Under the pieces are notes generated by a model. The model saw nothing but the letters and a program-made list of their open reading frames with translations. It did not search any database and had not been told where the DNA came from. From a virus: a DNA stretch of 64,000 nucleotides. The position numbers were made by a program, and so were the translations under genes. The stretch lies in UHGV virus genome UHGV-0092003. One strand, 5' to 3'. Shown piece by piece: positions 45,984 to 54,016 of the stretch; the first letter of the stretch is position 1; each line of letters starts with the position of its first letter.

Positions 45984-46211
45984 ATGACCCCTTCCCATAC
46001 ATACCTGACAGTCAGCTTGACCCACCCAGAAAAAGTCACCTCAGAGAACCTCGCGGATTTGTATCGTGATTGGATGAACAACTACCTTTCCGTCGCCGCG
46101 TTCGCAGAGGATTACGGCATCACAGTGCCACAGGCGGAGATGACCATCGCAAAAGGGCGCATGGTTCACGAAGCAGCCGCCGAGTGGCTGAAAGAGTTCA
46201 ACAAAGTCTAA
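45984..46211 (+). CDS. hypothetical protein
   Basis: 75 aa from ATG 45984 with SD AGGAGAA. Upstream dyad promoter. Confidence 0.45.
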   Translation: MTPSHTYLTVSLTHPEKVTSENLADLYRDWMNNYLSVAAFAEDYGITVPQAEMTIAKGRMVHEAAAEWLKEFNKV

Positions 46212-46281
46212 AACAACTTGTTTTCTGCCTATAGCAAGTTGAGATAATAAAACCATTAAGAAAACAACAAAGAGAAAACAC
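46208..46281 (+). promoter_or_regulatory. dyad promoter (full type)
   Basis: TAAAACAACTTGTTTTCTGCC-N-GAGATAATAA-N-AGAAAACAAC. Confidence 0.55.
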
Positions 46282-46602
46282 ATGAGCCTGAATATTACTG
46301 AATCATACAAAGTCGCCGTTATCAGCACCGCTCACGTTACCCAAGCGGACTCCGAGATACTGCCTCAAATCAGCTTTGACCCCATCACTGATCGCGGCTA
46401 CAACTGGATTCATGGCACTGAGTATGGCTGGATTGTCCGTGCGGGAAGAGCTGGGGGTGAGTGGAAGGCAAGACTTCGCGCTGAAGGGATAACATGGCCT
46501 ACAATCGAAAATATTGAAAAAGTCATTGATGCTGGTTTTGAGGTGGTGCATTTTGACCGTGACGCGGACACTGTTGATGGATTACAGACCTGGGAGTGGT
46601 AA
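46282..46602 (+). CDS. hypothetical protein
   Basis: 106 aa. Conserved GAGAAAACACATG start. Confidence 0.5.
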   Translation: MSLNITESYKVAVISTAHVTQADSEILPQISFDPITDRGYNWIHGTEYGWIVRAGRAGGEWKARLRAEGITWPTIENIEKVIDAGFEVVHFDRDADTVDGLQTWEW

Positions 46603-47007
46603 ATGAGTGTTACAAAAAGAAAGATAGCAATGAGTTCTGAATTTGTATTATTGGCTATGTGCTGCTTTGCAGTTTCGGGATGTATCAGTAAGAACCAAGA
46701 CGCACAATCTGCAGGTTATCGACACTCGACATACGTAGGATGCAGTGCAAAATTCGGCAACGCCCCTTTGATACCAAACATGGCAACCATTGTTGACCAG
46801 GGGGATAGCTTTATTGTTCAGGGGAGCGCCGGAGATTTCTATAGTGGAAGCTTAGTGTTGCGTAATGACCAGCTAATCTCCAGCGAACCTGCAGGTGGTT
46901 TAGTTTTCTCTAAGGGAGTAGGTGACTATTCAAAAATGTACCTAGTTCATATCATAAAAGATAATAAACTCACAGTTTTCGACTGCCGCTCTGCGCTTGT
47001 AAAGTAA
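46603..47007 (+). CDS. lipoprotein, hypothetical
   Basis: 134 aa. Lipobox VSGC. Confidence 0.5.
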   Translation: MSVTKRKIAMSSEFVLLAMCCFAVSGCISKNQDAQSAGYRHSTYVGCSAKFGNAPLIPNMATIVDQGDSFIVQGSAGDFYSGSLVLRNDQLISSEPAGGLVFSKGVGDYSKMYLVHIIKDNKLTVFDCRSALVK

Positions 47008-47039
47008 TGACCTTTCACTGACATAAATGATCAACCTCT

Positions 47040-48520
47040 CGCAGTTTGTATAAGAAGAGGTTGATCATCACTTTCCCACCTTATCAACCACTCGCCAACC
47101 CGCTACACCGCTACAAACAAGGCAATAACGCACATAAGAAAACAATTTGTTTGCAGATCAACGTAACGTCAAACGAAAACCCATTTTTGCCCTCATTTTT
47201 TGACATTTGAGAACAGCCACTCTTACACCCGCCAGATACACCACCAGAACGCACAGGTTTCGTTTAAACAAGAAAACCCACACCAACACATCACCACAAA
47301 TCAGAGTCGCTTAGAACGCGTTATAGAGCGTTTACGATGATTAGCCGTTCAACGCGAAATTGAGGAAAAGAACCACCAACAACACATTCAGGCAAAACCC
47401 TCCATAATAACGGAAAGAACGTAACCGGCATACCACCAACCAAAGGAGACGAGGCTCAAAAATCACAAGAACACCGCTCGACTTATCTCAGACATTTGGA
47501 TACCCGCCTACCATTCACAGGCACCGAAACACCACTCAGTTTTCATCAGGCACACCAGAGAAGCGACAGAACGGAAATCCCATACCCGCCATCCATCGAT
47601 AACAACGTAACCTCAAATCCCCAGAATTGCGGAAACCAGACAGCACAAGGCTTAAAGACACATTCACCCAGATAACAACTTGTTTAAACGCACAAGGAAA
47701 CAACCAGCCGCGTACCTGCCATCTCCCAGAGTAAAACGGCGAAACAATCACTTCGCCTATATGGCATTACCCAAGGTAGAACGAATCCCGGATAAGAGAA
47801 CAACCCAGAAGAAAACCACCAGGAAAGAACAACAGCACCAGAGAGAACGACATAAAGAAATCCCGAAGAGAAGAACACTCCCAGATACACATTCACCATA
47901 GAAACGATAGAAAGACTCAGAACGAAATTGGGAATAAGAAAGAGACAGTTTGGGAAGGTCATTTACCGTTTTGGGAAGGTAGCGTTTAGAGGCTCTGGAG
48001 GTATGGGATTGAGACGTTATGGGGGTGAAGAGATTTGGGCGTTTGGGCGTTTGTGAGAGAAGCGTTTGGGCGTTTGTGTAAGAGGGGGAGGAAAAAAGGT
48101 CGCGCTTCCGTTTTCGCATAAATTCAAGCGGTAGTTTCGCAGCCCTGCAAAAAAAACGTCCGCGCCGCCGCTCAAGCCTACGGTTCAGAAACGGGTCGGT
48201 TACCTTCTATGCCGGCCATTAGGGAAAAGGCTGTATACCGAAACGGCGCGGGGAACGGGGAGGTTGCCGTATAGAGACGGTTATCAGCGAGAAGGTTGGC
48301 CGAGGTGCGAAGGAGAATGGCAAGGCTGGTGGTGTGAGGCGACCCAGGCATAGGCTCGTATAAATACGGTCACACCACCAGCGAGCTTCATTCTGCCATG
48401 TAGTTGACGGGCGTCAATATTTTCTGTTCGGTCATTGTATCTCATCACCCTTTTGAAAGTGCTTTTTCGCCTTGGTGTTGTTGCGATAATAAGTCACATA
48501 AGAAAACAACGGAGTAAAGC
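47040..48520. other. 1.5-kb non-coding region with extreme strand compositional skew and internal tandem repeats
   Basis: 47200-47930 is A+C-rich on the + strand. 47940-48110 is G+T-rich with GCGTTTGGGCGTTTGTG-type tandem repeats. Two orphan copies of the dyad promoter (47131-47156, 47669-47707) have no following ORF. The track ORFs here are low-complexity. Confidence 0.6.
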
Positions 48521-48522
48521 AC

Positions 48523-48759
48523 ATGTTAAAAAATACAGAAGTTAAAATGCCTGATTTATTCAACTACTGGACTGTTGATACGGTTGCTGAGTGCATCGAC
48601 GGCGTGGGTGAGGAGCTGTACCGCAAACTGTGGTCGTTTATCACTCCAGAGACGGACGGTGAGAACGCGCCGCTGGCGAAAGTAGCCTGGGAGACGTTTA
48701 CGGACGAAGAGAAGGCGAAACTTGCCGCTGCTGTCGCTAAAGAGTTCCCGGAGGACTAA
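48523..48759 (+). CDS. hypothetical acidic protein
   Basis: 78 aa. Conserved AAAGCACATG start. Confidence 0.5.
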   Translation: MLKNTEVKMPDLFNYWTVDTVAECIDGVGEELYRKLWSFITPETDGENAPLAKVAWETFTDEEKAKLAAAVAKEFPED

Positions 48760-49127
48760 TGAGTTTGGAAATTAAACCCCTGCTGGAACCAACGAAGGCT
48801 GTGATGGGTGCCTGTAACGATATGCGGTTCGTCTTTCCGTTCACCGGCAATCTGACGGCGGAGAAGAAGACTGAGATGGCCCGGAAACTGTGTAGCTGGT
48901 GGAACAGCGACGCCGGCTGGGAAGCGCTGAAGAAGAACGGCCGCTTTAGAACGGACATTCGCCTTGATATGGCTAACAGCCTTGGTTTCTTCGATCGCTT
49001 CTGTGGCCGCTACAAATCCGTTGAGGCGAAGACTGTGGTTTTGACGACCGGCGCGGAGATGGTGAGTTATGCCGGCGATAACTGTGGTGGGAGTATCGAG
49101 CCGCACAACTTCGTGATAATCGAGTAA
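48759..49127 (+). CDS. hypothetical protein
   Basis: 122 aa. TAATG overlap with the upstream gene. Terminator at 49130-49160. Confidence 0.5.
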   Translation: MSLEIKPLLEPTKAVMGACNDMRFVFPFTGNLTAEKKTEMARKLCSWWNSDAGWEALKKNGRFRTDIRLDMANSLGFFDRFCGRYKSVEAKTVVLTTGAEMVSYAGDNCGGSIEPHNFVIIE

Positions 49128-49213
49128 GCCAGGCCACCAGCTGCGGTGGCTTTTATTCAATAGCTCCCTACGGCGTATTAATCCAATTTCTCACCGTGTT
49201 TGTTTTCTTAACG

Positions 49214-49288
49214 CCTTAAACAAGTTGTTTTCTGCCTGATGCAAACAGTCATAATGACGCTATCGAAACAAACAACGGAATAAACAAA
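49214..49288 (+). promoter_or_regulatory. dyad promoter (full type)
   Basis: TTGTTTTCTTAACGCCTTAAACAAGTTGTTTTCTGCC. The upstream ~30 bp is duplicated at 49730. Confidence 0.55.
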
Positions 49289-49651
49289 ATGGAAAATCGC
49301 TTTCACTACTTCACCACTCGCAACGCGGAAAAGACTTCTTTCACTGCGATCATCACTGAGCCTGTAGATGGGCAAAACGAGTTCTATGTAGCTCCAGACT
49401 TGTCTAACGTGCTGGCGATGGTTAACACGTATGGAGACGGGGATTTTGGAACCGTACACGTACACAATGCGGAAAAGCTCGCGCTGGTAGATTTTGACAC
49501 CAGTTATGAATATTTAGCCAAAGACGCCGTCAAAATGTCTAAAGGGTACGACAATGGCGCATCTGGTGACTTTGCTTACAAGATGTCGGATGACGCTCGA
49601 TTGGTTGAGGGTGAGGATGTGACTTTCTACATGGATTTAGATCGAGTTTGA
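49289..49651 (+). CDS. hypothetical protein
   Basis: 120 aa. Dyad promoter upstream. Confidence 0.5.
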   Translation: MENRFHYFTTRNAEKTSFTAIITEPVDGQNEFYVAPDLSNVLAMVNTYGDGDFGTVHVHNAEKLALVDFDTSYEYLAKDAVKMSKGYDNGASGDFAYKMSDDARLVEGEDVTFYMDLDRV

Positions 49652-49729
49652 CAGGAAGGATGGCGGAGTAATCCGCTATCTTTGCAGTCCACCAGCCCTG
49701 CGGCGCGTTTCCCCACTCCCATACCTTCT

Positions 49730-49818
49730 TGTTTTCTTAACGCCTTAAACAATTTGTTTTCACCCTTTGTCACGCTGCTAATATGTATCTCAACGAAACA
49801 CGAAACGAGATTTACATC
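49730..49818 (+). promoter_or_regulatory. dyad promoter (full type, duplicate of 49200)
   Basis: CTTGTTTTCTTAACGCCTTAAACAATTTGTTTTCACCC-N-GCTAATATGTAT. Confidence 0.55.
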
Positions 49819-50148
49819 ATGAACAACACTGAGCGCCTGTTATCTTCTTACTACGCAAAGCAACGCAACGAGTTCAAAGAGAAACGTAAGACGAACCTGT
49901 CCAGCGTCACTCTTCTGGATATCGTCGCAAACGGAACTGCGATCCGCGTATTCAAAGAGAGCACCGCCAGTTTTGATAATGGAGTGTCTCGCCGCGTTGT
50001 CGTTAGTGTGCGCCGCAGCAAGCTGAAGTCTGGCTGGGCTGCTGTGCAGAAGATTTTCCCTATTTCGCAGCTTGAGACAGCCATTGTGTACGCAAACAAA
50101 ATGGCTCAGAAAGAGATTTCAAGAGAGTCCCTTGCTGCTATCGCATAA
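49819..50148 (+). CDS. hypothetical protein
   Basis: 109 aa from ATG 49819. Terminator GCCCC/GGGGC plus T6 at 50180-50210. Confidence 0.45.
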   Translation: MNNTERLLSSYYAKQRNEFKEKRKTNLSSVTLLDIVANGTAIRVFKESTASFDNGVSRRVVVSVRRSKLKSGWAAVQKIFPISQLETAIVYANKMAQKEISRESLAAIA

Positions 50149-50273
50149 TCATGTGCTTAGTAGTCGCAGAATTGTCTACAGCCCCTTCTTCCTTTTGGGG
50201 CTTTTTTGCGTTTGTATTGTAAGTGTTTACTTACCGGTATATATTTACCTTGCTCAACAACATGGAGGTAGCA

Positions 50274-50726
50274 ATGAGCCTTAAACGTACCGATCTGGTA
50301 TACGACCTGTTTTACGCATCCAGCACTGACCCGATGACCGCCGATCGCATCGCAACGCTGACCATTCAGCTGCGCGACGAAGCCGGCGTGACTCAACTGT
50401 CAACCCAACTGACTCGCACCGTTCTGCGTTCCAATAAGCAGAAAGTCTATGCCGTAGGTCAGCAGATGATTAACGACGGCGGCGACCCGCTGCTGGTGGC
50501 CGCGGAAGCATATTTCCGTAAAGACACCGCAACGTTGACCGAAGGGCTGATTTCTGACGTTCTGGACTTCATCGAAGGCAATCTCGGCGCCGGCAGCACC
50601 TGGATGGGTGTTTACGGTATGAAGATTTACTCCGGCGAAGCTCTGACCGAACTTCTGCCTGAAAACGTTCTGAAAGCCGACGGCACCGAAACCGACTCAG
50701 CGGCAACCGGCGCAACCACCGCCTAA
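50274..50726 (+). CDS. hypothetical protein
   Basis: 150 aa from ATG 50274 (SD GGAGGT). Terminator AGCCACG/CGTGGCT plus T6 at 50745-50775. Confidence 0.5.
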   Translation: MSLKRTDLVYDLFYASSTDPMTADRIATLTIQLRDEAGVTQLSTQLTRTVLRSNKQKVYAVGQQMINDGGDPLLVAAEAYFRKDTATLTEGLISDVLDFIEGNLGAGSTWMGVYGMKIYSGEALTELLPENVLKADGTETDSAATGATTA

Positions 50727-50881
50727 CGGCTATAACGCCTGTCAAAGCCACGCTAAGCCGTGGCTTTTTTCTTTGATACCCTTCGAACACCACCAGGCTA
50801 CCGCACGGCTAAAACACCCCTCAATCACCCTCCGGCTGCAGTCAGGCTACAGGCCAAGTCACCGTCATTGTTTCCTTGTCG

Positions 50882-50958
50882 CCTAAAACAACTTGTTTAC
50901 TGCCTTTTCGTCACTGCGATAATTCATCTCATCAAAACAAAACAACAAAGGAAAGCAC
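50882..50958 (+). promoter_or_regulatory. dyad promoter (full type)
   Basis: CCTAAAACAACTTGTTTACTGCC-N-TGCGATAATTC-N-AAAACAAAACAACAAAGGAAAGCACATG. Confidence 0.55.
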
Positions 50959-51441
50959 ATGAACCAGTTACTGACCGTTGATACTCGCTTTGGCACCTCC
51001 ACCGCGCTGTTTAACACTATCCATAAACGTCTTATCACTGTTATGCACGGCGATGAGGACGTAACGACCAGATTGTTAGAATGGGAAAGGAATTCATTAC
51101 AGCAGGATCTGGCAAATGGCTTCGGTTACACGCAAACCTTTAAAGCCGCTCGCGTCGTCTCAACCGGATTCGGAACGTTTATTTTCCCACTGCGCGGGAG
51201 AGACTGTGAAAGCCGCCGTTTCGAAATGGCTGTGCAGATCGCAGGATGGTTGGCCGAAACACGACCGCATCAGGATTCAGCCTACCAGACAAGCGCCGCC
51301 GTTCGGGCTGTTGAAAATAGTGAGCGGTACACCAACGTCGTCTATAAAGCCGGTCACGATCAGTTTAGTGTCGTCATAAACGGTAACACGTTAGGGAAAA
51401 CGCGTATCAAGTCAGACATTATCGTGCTGGAAGGTAAGTAA
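50959..51441 (+). CDS. hypothetical protein
   Basis: 160 aa. Dyad promoter plus AAAGGAAAGCACATG. Terminator GGGAGA/TCTCCC plus TTTTC at 51452-51480. Confidence 0.5.
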   Translation: MNQLLTVDTRFGTSTALFNTIHKRLITVMHGDEDVTTRLLEWERNSLQQDLANGFGYTQTFKAARVVSTGFGTFIFPLRGRDCESRRFEMAVQIAGWLAETRPHQDSAYQTSAAVRAVENSERYTNVVYKAGHDQFSVVINGNTLGKTRIKSDIIVLEGK

Positions 51442-51920
51442 AGCAGAATGAGAAGGGGAGACGATGTTCTCCCTTTTCACCGTTTAAGTGGCGCCGCAGG
51501 GAAACGGGCAAAAAGCCTATTAAGGTGAAAATTTCGGGAAACGGCTGGGTTTGCATATACAGCGGCGAAAATGTGTAGAGGTGTCCCTACGGACTACCCA
51601 GAAGGCCACGCCAAGGCGTCGTTTTTAAGGGGTGGGGTGAGAATGCGACGGGCCATCTTTAACGCTAAATGGCTTTAACGCTAAATGGCTGGATAGCCAG
51701 CTTTTGACCAGCGCCCACGGAAAGGAATATACAGCAAGCCAGAAGGGATCGGTTAAAACGCCTCGCAAAACATGGAATAACACTAAAACGCTCTGTATCG
51801 CGTTCTAAGCGCTTTTTTACGTTGGTAATACGATTGCTTGTCTGGCGTCTTAAAAAGCGCTTATAATCGATTTGGCGCGTTCTGTTTTATGTCATCGCTG
51901 TTATTGTTTAGCGTATAACG

Positions 51921-52050
51921 CAAAAAGCGCCATCATGGGCGCTTTTATTATGGCTGGAATGCTCGGATCACTGGAAACGCAAAAAGCGCCCATGATGGGC
52001 GCTGGTGGCTGTATAGCGGAAACGAAAAAAGCGCCCATCATGGGCGCTTG
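51921..52050. repeat. three tandem copies of a GC-rich perfect palindrome (AGCGCCCAT-N-ATGGGCGCT) with A/T flanks; bidirectional terminator-like
   Basis: Copies at ~51925-51945, 51985-52005, 52027-52047. Each is preceded by AAAAA and the first is followed by TTTTATT. The third abuts the stop of minus-strand gene 52054-52707. Confidence 0.65.
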
Positions 52051-52053
52051 ATG

Positions 52054-52707
52054 TTACTTGTTGAAGCTGGTGGCGATATGATTAAACAAATCATTTTTAA
52101 CAAATTTGAATTTTGCCATGCCAAATTCAGATTTTCCGCCATCTTTGATCGCTTCCACAATTCCCAAATCACGGAAGAGTTTAATCAATTGATTTGCTTG
52201 CGTATATGTTGCATCTGGCTTCATCTCGTTCTCTTGTTTAGCTTTATTCATGATTTTGAAAACGTCGCCATTGCTAAACGTCGTCGGATCTTTCTTGATA
52301 AGCTCAATCATTGCGAAAACGCGTGAGTTAGTAGAAAGCGCGCTATTGAATGAACATTTACCAGAAGCCATCGACGCCATCAGATAAGCCAGCTTTTCGA
52401 GCGCATAGCTATTCGCTAATGTTTCACGGAAAAACAGCTCTGGATCTTTTTTAGCAATCTTAATGGAGAAGTAGAAAACGCCACACTGTTTATCATCGCG
52501 CATCGCTTCCAGAATGTTGTTATCAAAGTAAGCGCTTTTTGTTTGCGCAGCACGTAGATCCGCTTTATCTTTTTTGGTATCCATGCCAGCACTTAAACGC
52601 TCGTTAAATTTGATTGCCAGCGCTTCAGCGTTTGCGCTCAATTCTTTTGAAACAACGATTGCAGCGCTCAGGACGTCAGATTTTTTGAGATTGTTAAGAG
52701 TAGTCAT
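52054..52707 (-). CDS. hypothetical protein in an AT-rich minus-strand island
   Basis: 217 aa. Lower GC than surrounding genes. Own AT-rich upstream region 52708-52970. Confidence 0.5.
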   Translation of the reverse strand: MTTLNNLKKSDVLSAAIVVSKELSANAEALAIKFNERLSAGMDTKKDKADLRAAQTKSAYFDNNILEAMRDDKQCGVFYFSIKIAKKDPELFFRETLANSYALEKLAYLMASMASGKCSFNSALSTNSRVFAMIELIKKDPTTFSNGDVFKIMNKAKQENEMKPDATYTQANQLIKLFRDLGIVEAIKDGGKSEFGMAKFKFVKNDLFNHIATSFNK

Positions 52708-53007
52708 TTTATTTTCCTTTATTTAAATTGATTGGCTTTCGCCAGATTCGAAACGTTTATTTGTTTACGTCGTTTCGTTGAGTTCCATTATCGATATATA
52801 AAAATTTTACGCAAGCTTTTTTTTTGATGAATTGCAAAAAAGTAAAGTCTTAGAAAAAAACGCACATAGCTGGAAGGTGTTCCCTAAATAAATAACCAAA
52901 CGAGGCTTTTACCCTTATATATTACGAGAGGCTAGGGAGGTGGGGTTTAATTAATTAAGGGGAGGTGATACATAAAAAAATACCGACACTTGGTCGGCAT
53001 TATTACC

Positions 53008-53556
53008 TTATATTTCTTGATTAAGGGGAATGATTCGGTCAACCCAATCATAGAAAATCTGGACGACTCTGCCGTCCGACAACCTTATACCTGCTGACTG
53101 CTCATTCATGCCGGTGGACACGCCATCCAAGACTCGGTTGTCTGAGAGATAGACCCTTATAGGCTTTCCCTGCTGGTGGGCGTATCGGATAACTTGAAAG
53201 AAATCTTTCCCCGAACGCACAAAGCCACCATCCTCAAAATCCCCGCGCTTCAGTGTCGTTTGACCCTTATAGGCTGTATCGACTTCAGAGGCGGCAATAT
53301 GCTCTGCCGAGATGATGTAATCGACGGGTATGATGACGCGATTAGCCTTATGGTCGTCGGTTAATGGGCTGAGATAGATACGATGGGACTTGATGTCAAA
53401 TCCAGTAACAAGCATCGAGAAAACCAGCTCGTTCGCTGTAACCACCCTTACAGGTAATTTTCTGCGTTGCGCGTTCTTGAAATAATCCATCGTTGTGTTT
53501 AGGTTTCTTTCTTTCTCAGCGTCTATGCCGTAAGTGAAGTCTGCAGGTGCGTTCAT
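53008..53556 (-). CDS. hypothetical protein
   Basis: 182 aa. Minus-strand terminator at ~52975-53005 (hairpin CCGAC/GTCGG then T8 on the minus strand). Confidence 0.5.
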   Translation of the reverse strand: MNAPADFTYGIDAEKERNLNTTMDYFKNAQRRKLPVRVVTANELVFSMLVTGFDIKSHRIYLSPLTDDHKANRVIIPVDYIISAEHIAASEVDTAYKGQTTLKRGDFEDGGFVRSGKDFFQVIRYAHQQGKPIRVYLSDNRVLDGVSTGMNEQSAGIRLSDGRVVQIFYDWVDRIIPLNQEI

Positions 53557-53621
53557 GATATTAACCAGACATTAGAATTAAAATAAAAAGTACGCCCACC
53601 ATGAGCGTACTATTTAATATT

Positions 53622-53972
53622 TTATTTTTGTGTGTTTTCCATCGCCATCTTTTTTAATATTCTTAAATCATCATCATTCATTTCTGAATTTAGAAATACC
53701 TGAACAATGTCGTTTCTAATCTTGTCACCGAAAATATCAGCTAAATCTTTACTAAAGTGTTCGACGTTAAGGTTTTCAAGCAGGAGGTTGATGATGCATG
53801 TTTTTGACAGCTTTATATTTTCTGCGCGTAGCAAGTGTTGAATTTTAAGAAGCTTACCATCAGCCTTTGCAGAAAGTTTGAGATGGCAGTTTACTGGTCT
53901 ATCAGTCACTGCCTCCTGGCGCCCACGATCTGAGTCGGTTTTGGATGGTTGATGTTGCATTTGCTCTTTCAT
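53622..53972 (-). CDS. hypothetical protein
   Basis: 116 aa. Hairpin AGTACGC/GCGTACT with A/T flanks between it and the downstream gene (53560-53620). Confidence 0.45.
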   Translation of the reverse strand: MKEQMQHQPSKTDSDRGRQEAVTDRPVNCHLKLSAKADGKLLKIQHLLRAENIKLSKTCIINLLLENLNVEHFSKDLADIFGDKIRNDIVQVFLNSEMNDDDLRILKKMAMENTQK

Positions 53973-54016
53973 AAACTTTACCCTAAAGGAGCCGGCTCAA
54001 AGACCGGCCACACACT

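Noticed and set aside
47536-48119. Track ORFs 47536-47751, 47680-47901, 47684-47962, 47757-48119.
   Set aside because: Their low-complexity translations arise from the CA/GT-skewed non-coding region. They have no RBS and overlap one another.
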